Assembly: GCF_009914755.1 (NCBI RefSeq)
Contig: NC_060944.1
Reading direction: 5' to 3' (one strand)
DNA length: 64,000 bases
Source: the human T2T-CHM13v2.0 reference genome, Homo sapiens
Shown here one piece after another: positions 24,415-39,025 of the stretch. The notes under the pieces were generated by a model. The model had not been told where the DNA came from, did not search any database, and saw only the letters and a list, made by a program, of their open reading frames with translations. The stretch's first letter is position 1, and every line of letters begins with the position of its first letter. The position numbers were made by a program, and so were the translations under genes.

Positions 24415-27400
24415 ATGTTTAATTTTTGTGGAAACATAGTAGGCATATATACTTATGGGTTACATGAGATACTTTGATATGGGCATGCAATATGTAATAA
24501 TCATATCATGGTAAATGGGGTATCTATCCCCTCACACACTTATCCTTGGTGTTATGAACAATCCAATTATGCTCTTTTAGTTATTTTTAAAGTACAATTA
24601 AATTATTATTGACTATAATCACCCTGTTGTGCTATCAAATACTGGGTCATATTTATTCTTTCTAATGATTTTTGTACCCATTAATCATCCCTTCCCCACT
24701 CCTATCACCTCACTACCCTTTCCAGCCTCTGGTAACCATCCTTCTATCACTATGAGTTCAACTGGTTTAATTTTTAGCTGCACAAATAAGTGAGAACATG
24801 CAAAGTGTCTTTCTGTGCCTGGCTTATTATACTTAACATAATGATCTCCAGTTCCATCCAGGTTGTTGCAAATAACAGGATCTCATTATTTTTATGGCTG
24901 AATACTACTTCATTGTATATATGTACCACGTTTTCTTTATCCATTCATCTTTTGATGGACACTTAAGTTGCTTTCAAATCTTGGCTATTGTGAATAGTGC
25001 TGCAACAAACATGGGCGTGCAGATATCCCTTCAATATACTGATTTCCTTTTTAGGAGTGTATATACTCAGAAGTGGGATTATTGGATCATAAGGTGGCTC
25101 TATCTTTAGTTTTTTGAGGACCCTCCAAACTGTTCTACATAGTGGTTGTACTAATTTATATTCCCACCAACAGTGTACGAGGGTTCCCTTTTCTCCACAT
25201 CCTCGCCAGTATTTATTATTTCCTGTCTTGGATAAAAGCCATTCTAACTGGGGTGAGATGATATCTCATCGCAGTTTTGATCTGCATGTCTCCAATGATC
25301 CATGTTATCAAGCACCTTTTCATATGCCTGTTTGGCATTTGTATGTCTTCTTTACAGAAATGTGTATTCAGATCTTTTGCTCATTTTCAAATTAGATTAT
25401 TAGATGTTTTCCTATAGAGTTGTTTGAGCTCCTTATATATTCTGGTTATTACTCCCTTGTCAGATGGGTAGTTTGCAAATATTTTCTCCCATTCTGTGGG
25501 TTGTCTCTTCACTTCGTTGATTGTTTCCTTTGTTGTGCAGAAGCTTTTAAACTTGATGTTATCTCATTTGTTCACTTTTGCTTTGGTTGCCTGTGCTTGT
25601 GGGGTATTACTCAAGAAAGTTTTGCCCAGACCAATGTCCTGGAGTTTCCCCAATGTTTCCTTTTAGTACTTTTATAGTTTGAAGTTTTATATTTAAGTCT
25701 TTAATCCATTTTTATTTGAGTTTTGTATATGGTGAGAGATAGGTGTCTAGTTTCATTCTTCTGCATATGGATATCCAATTTTCCCAGCACCATTTATTGA
25801 AGAGACTGTCTTTTCCCCAGTATATGTTCTTGGTACCTTTGTTAAAAATTAGTTCAGTGTATGGATTTGTCTCTGAGTTCTCGATTCTATTCCATAGATC
25901 TGTGTATCTGTTTCTATGCCGGTACCATGCTGTTTTGGTTATTGTAGCTCTGCAGCATAATTTGAAGTCAGATAATGGGATTCTTCCAGTTTTGTTCCTT
26001 TTACTCTGGATAGCTTTGGCTATGCTGGGTCTTTTGTGGTTCCAGATGAATTTTATAATTATTTTTCTATTTCTTTGAGCCATGTTATTTGTATTTTGAT
26101 AGGGATTGCATACAATCTGTAGATTGCTTTGGGTAGTATGGACATTTTAACAATATTGAGTCTTCCAATCCATGAACATGAAATATCTTTCAATTTTTTG
26201 GTGCCTTTTTAAATTTCTTTTGTCAGTGTTTTATAGTTTTCATTGTAGAAATCTTTCACTTATTTGGTTAATTCCTAGGTATTTAATTTTATCTGCAGCT
26301 ATTGTAAGTGGGATTACTTTACTTTAATTTCTTTTTCATATTGTTAACTGTTGGCATAAAGAAATATTACGGATTATTGCAAGTTGATTTTGCATCCTTC
26401 AACTTTACTGAATTTGTTTATCAGTTCTAATAGTTTTGTGGTGGAGTCTTTAGGTTTTTCCAAATACAAGATCATATCATCTGCAAGAAAGGACAATTTG
26501 ACTTTTTCTTTCCAACTTGGATGCCCTTTATTTCTTTCTCTTGTCTGATATCTCTAGCTAGGACCTCAGTACTACGCTGAATAACAGTGGTGAAAGTGGG
26601 CATCTGTGGCTTATTGCAGATCTTAAAGGAAAAGCTTTCAGTTTTTCCCCGTTCAGTATTATACTAACTGAGGATCTGTACATATGGCTTTTATCTTGCT
26701 GAGGTATGTTCCTTTTATACCCAGTTTTTTTTGTGGGGGGGGGGGGTTTATCGTGAAGGAATGTTGAATTCTATCAAATGTTTTTTCAGCATCATTTGAA
26801 ATTATCATATAGTTTTTATCCTTCATTCTATTGATATGATGTATAATACTGATTGATTTGCATATGTTAAACTATCCTTGCATCCCTGGGATAAATCCCA
26901 CTTGGTCATGATGAATGATCTTTTTGGTTTGCTAGTATTTTGTTGAGGATTTTACATCAATATTTATCAGAGATATAGAGATAATGGCCTGTAGTTTTCT
27001 TTTTTTTGATGTGTCTTTGTCTGGGTTTGGTATCAGAATAATACTGACCTCATAAGAATGACTTTGAAGTATTCTCTCCTGCTCTATTTTTTGAAATAGT
27101 TTCAGTAAAATTGGTATTAGTTCTTCTTTAAATGTTTGGTAGCATACAGCAGTGACACCACTGGGTCTCAGCCTTTCTTTTACTGGGCGATATTTTATTA
27201 TAGCTTCAATCTCGTTACTTGTTATTGGTCTGTTTAGGTTTTGGATTTCTCCATGGTTCAATCTTGGTAGATTGTGTGTATCCAGGAATGTATCCATTTC
27301 CTCTAGGTTTTCCAATGTATCAGTGTATAGTTGCTCATAGTAGCCAGTGATGATCCTTTGAATTTCTGAAGTATCCGTTGTAATATCTCATTTTTCATCT

Positions 27401-28160
27401 CTGATTTTATTTATTTGAGTCTTCTCTCTTTTTTCTTAGTTAGTCTGGTTAAAATTTTGTTCATTTTATTTATCTTTTCAGAAAATCAACTTTTGTTTCA
27501 TTGAACTTTTGTATTGTTTTCTTCATTTCAGTTTCATTTATTTCTGCTCTAATCTTTACTATTTCTTTTTTTCTATTAACTTTTGGTTTGGTTTGCTCTT
27601 GCTTTGCTAGTTCTTTAAGATCCATCATTAGGTTATTTATTTGAGATTTTCTTCTTTTTCTGATATAGGCACTTAGAGCTATAAATTTTCCTCTTAGTAC
27701 AACTTTCACTGTATCCCATAGGTTTTAGTATGCGGTGTTTCTATTATCATTTGTTTCAGTAAATTTCTCAGTTTCCTTCTTAATATAGTCATTGACCCAC
27801 TGGTCATTCAGGAGCATATTGTTTAATTTCCGTGTGTTTTTACCATTTCCAAAATTCCTCATTATTGATTTCTCATTTATTTCATTGTAGTCAGAGAAGA
27901 TGCTTGATATTATTTCAATTTTTAAAAATGTTTTAAGACTTGTTTTGTGACCTAACATATGGTCTATCCTTGAGAATGATCTGTGTGTTGAGTAGAAGAA
28001 TGTGTATTATTCAGCTGTTGGATGAAATGTTCTATAAATATCAATTAAGTCCATTTGTTCTATAGTGCAGATTAAGTTCCATGTTTCTTTGTTGAGTTTC
28101 TATCTGAAAGATTCGTCCAATGCCAAAAGAGGAGTGTTAAAGTCGATCTCTCAGCTTTAT
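24415..28160 (-). mobile_element. L1 (L1MA-like), 3'UTR and most of ORF2, degenerate
   Basis: ORF fragments such as [29 protein letters not shown] and LLNDQWVN match L1 ORF2p. Confidence 0.92.
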
Positions 28161-28384
28161 ATACCTGGGTGCACAAGTGCTCAGCAACCTTAGGACTCTA
28201 CCAGGAAAGCACACGCCTTCCCTGACAGTGCCCTGCCTATAGCGAGTGTGGTGTGCTCCCTTTTCTGTGCTCACGTCAAGAGATCCTGGACAGGATCTCT
28301 GTCAAATCACTTCCCATGCCATGTTGTAATTGCCTGTATATTGCCTGTGTGAGCTCTACAGGAGCAGAGACTGCCTTAGACTTA

Positions 28385-29005
28385 TGCCTTAGCCCACGGG
28401 AGCTCTGCCAGGCCACCATCCATGTTCACTTAAAGCCCAAGGGCGCCTCAGTCAGCTTGTGGTGAATGCTGCCCATGCCTGGGACTCATCCTTCAGGGCA
28501 GTGGCCTCCCGTCTGGCCCAGTGCAGGTCCACAAATGTCTAAGAGCCCAGGTCTGGATTTGGGGACCCCAAGAGCCTACGTGGTACTCTACCCCTCTGTA
28601 GCCAGGCTGGTACCTAAGGTGCAAGATGGAGTTCCCTTTATGTTTCCCTCTTCTTTTTTCAAGCAGAAAGAGTCTTTCACCATTGCCACCATAGCTGAGA
28701 GTGTACTGGGTCTCACCTGAAGCCAACACATCTCAGAGTCTCACCCAAGGCTCTGACATAGCACCTGGATATCACTGCTGGTTATTCAGGGCCTAAGGGC
28801 TGTTTATTCAGCAGGTGATGGATCCTCCCAGGACTGGCTCCTTCCCTTCAAAGTAGTAAGTTCCCTTCTGGCCCAAGGTGTGTCTAGAAACATGGTCCAG
28901 GAGCTAGGGCCTGAAACGCCAGCCTCACGACTCTGCCTGGTGCCCTATCCTATTGTGGCTGAGCTGGTATCCAAGATGCAAGACAAAGTCTTCTTTACTT
29001 TTCAG
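28385..29005 (-). mobile_element. L1M 5' region fragment, probably the same element as 24415-28160
   Basis: 'gttcacttaaagcccaagggc...ttcccttctggcccaaggtgtgtctagaaa...gctggtatccaagatgcaagacaaagtc' resembles old L1 5' sequences. Confidence 0.6.
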
Positions 29006-29224
29006 AAGGCAGTTTTTTAACAACTGACAAAATGGCCTTTGGTTATTCTTAGCATTTGCTGACAATTCTTGGCAATATCTGCCTAAACAGCTTCTTAGAG
29101 ATGGCTGTTAACAGGAAGTTAGGTGTGAGATTAATTTTTTTCTTTTTCTGCTATTTCTTTATGTCTTATTGTAACAAACTTGGGGAGAAAAATAAAATGC
29201 GGCAGAAAAAAAAAATCTCTAATC

Positions 29225-29652
<428 letters not shown>

Positions 29653-30105
29653 TTAACCATTCTACTGTTAGATACTTGGGTTGTTTTCAATTTTCACGCT
29701 TATAAATAACTTTGTGATTAATATCTTGAGGAATAAACCTTTGTTCATATCTCTGTTTACTTACTAATTCTCAGAAGGGTAATTTATAGCTTTTGATAAG
29801 TATTGCCAAATTATCCTCCAAAGAGATGACGGTGGTGATAAAACATGACCAATGTTACTGAGTGCTTAAAATATTCTAGGCCCCTTGTTAAGGGCTTTTA
29901 TGAATTGTCTCATATGATCTTCACCAGAACCTTAGAAACGAGGTACTGCTATTCTGCTCATTTTACGGAACAGGAAAAAAAAAAAAACTCAGAGAGGTTA
30001 AAGTCAATTGTGCTTGGGGATGTGGATGTGCACATATCTCCAGAAGGAGGCATGAAAAACATCGGTTGGGTAAGCATAGACACAGAATACACAAAGAAAG
30101 ACAGA

Positions 30106-30686
30106 ATGGAAGGAGGGGAGAAAGGGAGGAAGGGAGGAAGGGAGGAAGGAGGGAGGGAGGGAGGAAGGAGGGAGGGAGGGAGGGAGGGAAAGAGGGAGGG
30201 AGGGAAGGAGGAAAGGAAGGAAGGAAGGAGGGAGGGAGGGAGGGAGGGAAAGAGGGAGGGAGGGAAGGAGGAAAGGAAGGAAGGAAGGAGGGAGGGAGGG
30301 AGGGAGGGAAAGAGGGAGGGAGGGAAGGAGGAAAGGAAGGAAGGAAGGAGGGAGGGAGGGAGGGAAAGAGGGAGGGAGGGAAGGAGAAAAGGAAGGAAGG
30401 AAGGAGGGAGGGAGGGAGGGAGGGAAAGAGGGAGGGAGGGAAGGAGGAAAGGAAGGAAGGAAGGAGGGAGGGAGGGAGGGAGGGAAAGAAGGAAGGAAGG
30501 AAGGAAGGAGGGAGGGAGGGAGGGAGGGAAAGAGGGAAGGAAGGAAGGAGGGAAGGAAGGAAGGAGGGAGGGGGGGAGGGAGGAGGGAGGGAAAGAAGGA
30601 GGGAAGGAAGGAGGGAGGGAGGGGGAGGGAGGAGGGAGGGAAAGAAGGAGGGAAGGAAGGGAAAAGGAAGGAAGGAAGGAAGGAAA
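30106..30686 (+). repeat. (GGAA/GGGA)n purine tract with ~56-60-bp higher-order units
   Basis: Lines starting 30181, 30241 and 30301 are identical 60-mers. Confidence 0.95.
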
Positions 30687-30871
30687 ACATTGGTGAGGTG
30701 TGTGATCTCAACAGGGTTACTGGGTAGCGAGGGGACATTGGTGGGGGCCAGGCTCTTCACTGTACGTTTTTCCATCTTTTGAATTTTAAACCACAGCAAT
30801 GTATTCCGTATTCAAAAATAAACTAAAACATTTACTTAACTCACTTCCTATATACATTCAAAAACAAATCA

Positions 30872-31172
<301 letters not shown>

Positions 31173-31482
31173 TAAAAATATATACTGAACAGCAGGCATC
31201 ATTTAAAAAATTTTGTATATGGGCCACCTCTCTCACACACAAATGCCAGTACTTGTTTCTGAGTTTGAGAAAAGCCTTTAGAACATCTCCAGACACCTGC
31301 TCTGGGAGGAGAGTGTTGCTTACATCACTGAGGTGGAGAAGAAGAGACCAGCGATTTGTCCTGGACCTTTCCTGGAACTCTGGGTGCACCCTGGCAGGTG
31401 ACATCCCAGGCCATTCTTGCTGAGCCCTCCCTCTGGTGGGTCCCTGGGCTCAGCTCAGCCAGCCCTCCTGCTGTGTGCACAG

Positions 31483-31623
31483 GTTGCTTGGCTTCCTCAG
31501 TGGCTCCACAGTGGACGTGAACATCATGGCTACCTTTGTGCTCTCCCAGACCAAGCTGGGTCAAATCTCTCTTGACTTGCAGAACTGCCAGCCAGTCTTC
31601 ACTAGGATCCACATGCGAGCAAG
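31483..31623 (+). pseudogene. BPIF-like gene: BPI exon with first conserved Cys (141 nt, phase 2-2)
   Basis: gtgcacag|GTTGCTT...GCAAG|gtaggt; LLGFLSGSTVDVNIMA...QNCQPV. Confidence 0.85.
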
Positions 31624-32082
31624 GTAGGTACTGTGCAGAGCGGGCTGAGTGCCCTGCAGGGTGCAGTGCGGGGACAGTGCCATGCTGCAGTGATCACCAG
31701 GCTTACTGGGGCCAGAGCTCCAGCAAACTATGCCACCAGAATACCTTTCTTCTTATTTCAGAGTCCCCTCTTCTGCCCAGGTTTCTCTACCAGGGAGGTT
31801 AGATTTCTAAGCAGGAGGAATGCCTTCTTTCTGAAAGCACATGCCTTCCTTGATAGTGCCCCTGCCTATAAGGAGTTTGGCATGCTCCCCTTTTTGCACT
31901 TACATAGAGAGATCCTGGACAGGATCACTGTCAAATCACTTCCCATGCTGTGTTGTAATTGTCTGCATATGCCTGCATGAGCACTATAGGAGCAGAGGCT
32001 GCCTTAGATTTATCATTTGTTTATTCAACAAATATGGAGCCAGGTAGGCACTGTGTTGTTCCTGGAGAACAAGACGGAGAAA

Positions 32083-32240
32083 GATGGATGGATGGTTAAA
32101 TGAATAAATGAATGAAAGTGAGGATGGGAGGAGGGGTGGCTGGGAGGATGGATGGATGGATGGATGGATGATGGTTGGATGGATGAATGAAGGATGGATG
32201 AGTAGGTAGATGGATGGAGGCAAGGATGGATAGAGGGATG
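32083..32240 (+). repeat. (GGAT/GAAT)n simple repeat
   Basis: Direct inspection. Confidence 0.8.
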
Positions 32241-33372
32241 AACTGAAGTATAAATAGAGCAAATGATGGACTATAGTAGACTTTAGTAGACTCCCCTGAA
32301 AACTTCAGTAGACTACCCTGAAAAGACTTTAGTAGACTACCCTGAAAACCTAAGCTTGGCTCACGAGATGAGGTCTAAAAATACATGCTTACTTAATTTA
32401 AGAGCCATGAGCTCAGGGTTAACCAAGTTCTATAGCACTATATTTCAAACAGATCATTCTCTAAAAAAGCATCCAGAGGCTGGGCTGTGTACCCAATCAC
32501 CATGATGATCTCTAAGGTCATTATTTCATGGTTGAGAAGGATGCTGTAAGCCTCAGGGAGGTGCTATAAATCAGGAGTGCTACAGTTCAATTTCATCATG
32601 GGTTTAACAAGGTAGGCAGGCTAACCTGAGAGTTCAACCACATGTTCTCTGAGATCCTTTCTAACTCCCAGATTCTGAATTCAATGCCTTAGAACATGGG
32701 TCACATGCTCAAATGCCTATTAGGGGTAGGAAAGTGGCATAAATTAGTAAGCGGGGTCCAGTTTAAGGAAATACAACATTCAAGTTCAATTTCAATTTTT
32801 GGGATGCAATAGAGAGTGGTGGGCACTGTGGCGAATTGGACAGCACATGTCTCATCTGAAGTGGGCAGCCTCTCCTTGGCTCCAGTTGACTATGGCCATA
32901 TGGGAAGATGGGCCCAGTCTTGCCAGTTTTCTGTATTTTGAAGAAACTGGAACGTAAATTTTGAAACTTCACTGTAAAAATTTAAAAGACTATTTTTGCA
33001 AAAGAAAACACACCTGTGGGCCTCGTGTGGCCTGCAGCCTGCCATTCTACAGTCTCTATTTTAGAACATGATTTCTAAGGAGAAATGCCCTCTAAGTGCC
33101 TTAGCTCAAGTCACAAAGAATGTAAAACACACCCCTTGTTTAAGAGAAGGCAGGTACCCTGTGGTAATGGGTTGAATGCACTCCAGCCAATTTCTTTTCT
33201 TTCACTCATTTAGTCTTCACAACAACCCTATTTTACATTTTATAGATAAGAGGCACAGAGAGGTTATATAAATTGGACAAGGTCATATAGCCAGGAAATA
33301 GTGATGCTGGGATTCAAGCAATCTGTGTTTTTAACTATTCTGGTAGTTTGAGTTAATATATGCCATGAATTG

Positions 33373-33690
<318 letters not shown>

Positions 33691-33784
33691 TATGCCGTGA
33701 ACTTAGACTAGTCCCCGGAGCAAAGGAAACATTTTGTAACCTTTAGCTATAATTGTTATTGTTTCTAATGCTCCTACTCCCCAG

Positions 33785-33848
33785 CCTGCTCTCTGCAGTG
33801 ATGGAGACCATGTTGAAATGGATCCTGGATACCTCCCTACCCAACATG
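33785..33848 (+). pseudogene. BPIF-like gene: 64-nt helical exon (phase 2-0)
   Basis: ctccccag|CCTGCTC...AACATG|gtaagt; LLSAVMETMLKWILDTSLPNM. Confidence 0.8.
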
Positions 33849-34419
33849 GTAAGTTTGAAAAGGGAAACTAGGCAGACCCTTTGCAGCTGAAGTATGGAGG
33901 GGTAGCCAAGATGGGAGAGGCAGCCATGCCAGTTTTATTCCTGGGCTCTCTAATCTCTCAGAGTTTTCTTTCCTGTCCTTTTTATGAGTCCCTGATACTG
34001 GGCAAGGCGGAGAGAAAGGGACATTTCATGAGGGACAACTATATACCAGGTAGTTTACACCTGTGGAAGATGAAGATTTGCATTGTGTTACAAATTCTGA
34101 TAGAATCATTTAATCTCATCTGATAAATTTATTCTTCAAAGAGAAAGGCATACAGATTTTTTCTTATCAAGAGAATTCAGCATCTGTTTACTGGTTACAA
34201 TTTGATCAATGAGCTTTCCACCAGCAAGTTCATTATTACAAGGTTGGTAAACAATCAGCTTCTTCTGGCAAACATGGGTTTACAACTTAAACAAACAATC
34301 GCAATTCCCTACAACAGCCTAATAAACGCAGTGCCTCCATCACAAATATGTTTGGATTAAGGGTATAGGTTGCAATGCTTGCAAAATAACAAGAATTTTT
34401 TTTTTGAAAAAGAGCACTG

Positions 34420-34750
34420 TGTCCTGCTGACCAGGTTTGGATTCCTCCAGGAGCAGACACTGAAACAAGGGTTTGAATGCAAGCAGTTTATTTGGGAGGT
34501 AGTCCCAGGAAGTACAAGTAGGAGAGTGAGGATTAGAGACAGGGAAGAGGAGGCAGTTCATATGGTGTGATATCAAGCCAGTTACCATTATGAGCGCTGG
34601 AGCTTAGTCTCCTTGGGGAAACCTGGTTCAGTGCATGGAACATGCCTTAGAATTACCCCACCCAAGGGTGAGGAAGCTGGGGTATTTATATACCAACTCC
34701 CATCAGTCTTTGGTTGAGGGCTGCTCCTGGGAGCATTGATTCCATGGTAC
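34420..34750 (-). mobile_element. ERVL-type LTR (LTR16-like) fragment
   Basis: 'ggattcctccaggagcagacactga...gtttatttgggaggt' motif. Confidence 0.45.
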
Positions 34751-35203
34751 TTCCAGCCTATGCACAGGCAGGAAAAGCAGGTTTTGGAGGCTCCAATAGA
34801 CAGATGCAAGTGGGAGCTGGACTCAAGTGGCAAAGGAAGGGAGTATGGGGAGGTATGAACAATGTTTTCCTGACCTTCTTAGCAACCCAGCCAGAAATCC
34901 AATTTTATGATGACAAGCTAGAGAATAAATATAAATTTCACCTAAAGCATTTACCCCACCTGAATAAAGCTATTTATCCTTGGTTCTCTTACACTGTTAT
35001 GTGAATCTCCAACTTACTCCCTTATCTTTTAACTAAAGGTAATAATTAGCTCTTAGGATGCACTCACAAAAGCATCTTGTCAAGTCTTTTTCTTAAAAGT
35101 TTCTCATTAAAATGCCATCACATCTACTGATTTGTGCTTCTGTTCTTTAAATTTGTCAAACATTGAATTAATGCATTTGAGGCTTATCAGAATATCCTAT
35201 AAT

Positions 35204-35510
35204 TGGCTGGGCACCATGGCTCACGGCTTTAATCCCAACACTTTGGGAGGCTAAAAAGGGCAGATCACTTGAGGTCAGGAGTTCAAGACCAGCCTGGCCA
35301 ACATGGTCAAACCCTGTCTCTACTAAAAATATAAAAATGAGCCTGTCGTTGTGACAGGTGCCTGTAATTCCAGCTACTTAGGAGGGTGAGGCAGGAGAAT
35401 CACTTGAACTCGGGAGGCGGAGATTGCAGCGAGCTGAGATCGCGCCACTGCACTCCAGCCTGGGCAATAGAACGAGACCCCATCTCAAAAAAAAAAAAAG
35501 AAAAGAAAAG
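35204..35510 (+). mobile_element. Alu (AluS)
   Basis: Alu consensus match. Confidence 0.9.
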
Positions 35511-35721
35511 AGAATGCTATAATAATTAAATATTTGAGGCTTATAATTTTGTCGCCCACATGGCCATGCTATGAGGTGTAGACTATAATTCCTTCCATTT
35601 TTGAGATGAGAAAAAAGGCTCAGAGAGGTGGGGTGACTTGCCCAAGGACACTATATAAGTGTTAGCTGTTATCATTGCTAAATAGTTCATTGCTGAGTGG
35701 AGCTCAAACTGATTAAAACAT

Positions 35722-35931
35722 TGGTTCTCAACTCAAGGCAAGTTTGCATGCCAAGGGGTGTTGGCAGCATCTGGAGACATTTTTGGTTGTCACAACTAGG
35801 GGAGTGCTCCTGGCATCTAGTGGGTAGAAGCCAGGGATGCTGGTAAAAATCCTACAGGGCACAGGACAGCCACGCATGACAGAGAATGATCTGGTCCAAA
35901 ATGTCAATAGTGCCAACACTGAGAAGCCCTG
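35722..35931 (+). mobile_element. MER20 (hAT-Charlie) DNA transposon remnant
   Basis: 'tggttctcaa...tctggagacatttttggttgtcacaact...aatgtcaatagtgcc...gagaagccctg'. Confidence 0.8.
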
Positions 35932-36154
35932 AATGAAATGGTTGATGTTGATGGTGGTAATGTGATGATATTTCTATCATGCAGAAAATGGCAGAGCTCA
36001 GACTGGATTAGATTGATTTAGTCCCTTGATGGGGACCTGGAGGCCCATGGAGAGATAGGATCTATCTAGGGTCACACAGCCAGGTGGAGACAGCTGGGCT
36101 GCAAGGGTAGCCCAAGGCTCCTCTCACCGAGATCTCTGTTCCTCTGTATTTCAG

Positions 36155-36215
36155 CTGTGCCCAGTGGTCCAGTTCTGGTTCTACATTATCTATCAACAGT
36201 TGAACGTTCTGAAAA
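36155..36215 (+). pseudogene. BPIF-like gene: 61-nt 'LCP' exon (phase 0-1)
   Basis: tatttcag|CTGTGCCCA...CTGAAAA|gtgagt; LCPVVQFWFYIIYQQLNVLK, paralogous to the BPIFA2 ICPLIRIF exon. Confidence 0.85.
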
Positions 36216-36839
36216 GTGAGTTGTGCCGATGGCTTGAGACCAAATCTGTTTAGACCGTTGCATACCCCCTTCCCCCACTCCTGCTTTCTCCCCTTCATGG
36301 CTGCCAGAGAGATTTTTCTGGATCACATCTCTGATCAAAATCTTCTGCAGATGACCAGGAGGATCAAGGGCACACCCCCAAGGCTGGCAGTTGAGATCTC
36401 TCCTGCAACTGCTCCATCCAGCCTTAGTCTTGTCTTTCTTCTTGCTGCTCCAGCTGGTTGGCCTCAGCCACCCCCATACATGCCAGCCCCTTTTGAGACA
36501 CAATGGCTTTGCTCTTGGAGACTTCCTACACCCTCTTTCTGTGCCTGGAAAACTCTTTTACCCCTTCAAGGTGTGACTCCCATGATTTGTCCTTCCAAAA
36601 CCTTTGCAGATCTCTCCAGGCAGAAGGACTCCCTCCTGAGGACTTCTGCAGGACTGTGCACACCCATCTGGTATTCATCATATAGCTTAGTAACTCTCTG
36701 TTTCTTGGCTGTGTCTTTAATCTAGACCAGAAGCTTGTTAAGGGTTGAGACTTTGTTGTACTCTCTCTTGTATTTGTCTCATAGTCCTTGCTGGGCACAG
36801 AGTAGACCCACCATGTCAACTTTGTTGGCATAGGAACTG

Positions 36840-37450
36840 GAGATGAAAGGAAGAAATGTGGATGGACAGAAGTATGAATGAATGATAAAATAGAAAAATG
36901 AAAAGATGAATGGAAGAATGTATGGATAGAAGGGTGGATGAGTGATATTTAAATAGAAGGAAGTATGGATGTGAAATGATGGATGGAGAACAAAGGAAGG
37001 GAGGGAGAGAAGGAGGGAGGGAGGGAGAGAGGAAGAAAGGGAGGGAGAGAGGGAGGGAGGGAGGAAGGGAGGGAGGGAGGAAGGAAAGAAGGAAGGAAGG
37101 AAGGCAGGCAACTTGGATAAAAGGTGAAGAATATGTGGATGGATGGATGGGAGAAGCAAAGGGAGAAAGTTGGAGAAAAGTATGGAAAGAGAAGGAAAGA
37201 AGGAAGGTTGAATAGGAGGATGAATGGATTAAAGTGTACATAAATGGTGGTTGGAGAGGTGAGTGAATGAATGAAGGAAAGATTTATTACTGGATGTGTG
37301 GGAAGATGAATGGTGGCTAGGTGGATGGATAAATAATAGATGGATTAATGAATGGGTGAAGGAAGAAAAAAGCTATAGAGATGGATGAATGAAAAAGAAG
37401 GAAGAAAAAAAGGAAAACTTGGTGGCTGGGTGGATGGATGGGAAGATGTG
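36840..37450 (+). repeat. GA-rich low-complexity / (GGAA,GGAT)n region
   Basis: Direct inspection. Confidence 0.8.
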
Positions 37451-37739
37451 TAGAAAGATGCTGGTTAGGCAGGCAGTAAGGAGAGCTTCATGGCTGGACA
37501 AGGAAGAGAGATGGATTACAACATGCCAAGTTGAGAACGCTCCACTGTCTGAGCCAGAAGACAGTGGGCTTTATAGCTGCAATGTAACAGTTTGGGAATA
37601 ATCTCCGTCTCCTGCATAAATCTATGGATGACAAGGGAAAATGAATGAGCTTCATAAGTCTCCACCTCAGTTGACTTATCTCTTATGTTTCTCTTGTCCG
37701 CCCTTCCCGTCGCCCCCTGTCTCCCTCTGTCTCCATCAG

Positions 37740-37831
37740 ATGTCCACTTACTCAGATTATTTAGGGACCACCTCTCACCTCTCTCCCAAATACCCCTGTT
37801 GTCTCAGCAGTATCACTGCCTGGAGTTTCAG
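37740..37831 (+). pseudogene. BPIF-like gene: 92-nt linker-type exon (phase 1-0)
   Basis: Long pyrimidine tract, ccatcag|ATGTCC...TTTCAG|gtagga; ...LSQIPLLSQQYHCLEFQ resembles the BPIFB inter-domain linker. Confidence 0.7.
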
Positions 37832-38384
37832 GTAGGAGCAGCTGCTTCTCTCCTAAGGAATGTTCTGGGATTCGCCTCTGAGATTTTCTTCACATCTGAA
37901 ACTAGCTCAATGGTGCCCCATCACTCACTTGAGTCTCCCAAGCAAATGTGCCCACAGCTGTCCCCTTAAAAGAGGGAGTATGTGCCATGGCTTCAGAGCC
38001 AGGCAGGCTCTGCTTCTGCTTGACTGTGCAACCCTGGGCAAATCCCTTTACCTTTCTAAGCCTCGGTTTCTTCCTCTATCAGGTGAGGATGATTAGCATT
38101 CCCCATATAAAGCTAATTCATCACTTGCAAGACGTGCATTTTCCTTACATTGTAAATATCTTAAATTGGAATGCATTGTATATTCAATGGCATTTCATAA
38201 TTTAATTGGCAATTTAAAAATTTCTTAGTGGCACATTAAATAATGCATATCTTAATCAATGGTATTCTAGTGTGTGTGGAATATAATATGATGATTAGAT
38301 GAGAACATGCTTGGTTATTTACCTAGCACAGCCTAGGAGCTCAAACACTAGTGGTTTATTCCTCTTTACCTTTATTATTATTAT

Positions 38385-38682
38385 TTTTTGTATTTATTTA
38401 TTTTTGAGACTGAGTCTCGCTCTGTCACCCAGGCTGGAGTGATGCAATCATGGCTCACTGCAACCTCCACCTCCCAGGTTCAAGTGATTCTCCTGCCTGA
38501 GCCTCCCGAGTAGCTGGGATTACAGGCACGCGCCACCACACCCGGCTAATTTTTGTATTTTTAGTAGAGACAGTGTTTCACCATGTTGGCCAGGCTGGTC
38601 TCGAACTCCTGACGTCAGGTGATCTGCCTGCCTCGGCCTCCCAAAGTGCTGGGATTACAGGCGTAAGCCACCATGCCCAACC
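38385..38682 (-). mobile_element. Alu (AluSx-like)
   Basis: Alu consensus match. Confidence 0.9.
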
Positions 38683-39025
38683 TGCCCTTAGTTTAAAATA
38701 TTAAATTAAGTGAGTTACTTGGCATCACAATATTCGGGGGTTTTAAGTCCATGATGGGCCTGCATCCCTTTCCTCTCAGCTTCTCCCAAGCCTTAGCATA
38801 ATCCTGCCGGCCCCTCTAACTCACAGAAATTCTTGAATTACAGAGAATGTGTTTTGTTCCACAAAGTAGAACCTTCAGGGATCTTGGGGCAGAGCCATCT
38901 CTGAGTCTCCTTTCCTTGTCCATAATTCTTATATTGCAAGGTTGTTGTGAGGATTAAATGAGAGGCACATAGTCTAGCATACAATAGGTGCTCAACTAAT
39001 GTGGGCTATCTGGTTTTTTCCCCAG

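Noticed and set aside
29845-30799. Long overlapping ORFs (238-283 aa) on both strands
   Set aside because: Artefacts of the stop-free GGAA/GGGA repeat
32275-32349. Three ~23-bp tandem units (tagtagactaccctgaaaa)
   Set aside because: Simple local slippage; no spacers, not CRISPR-like, no evident function
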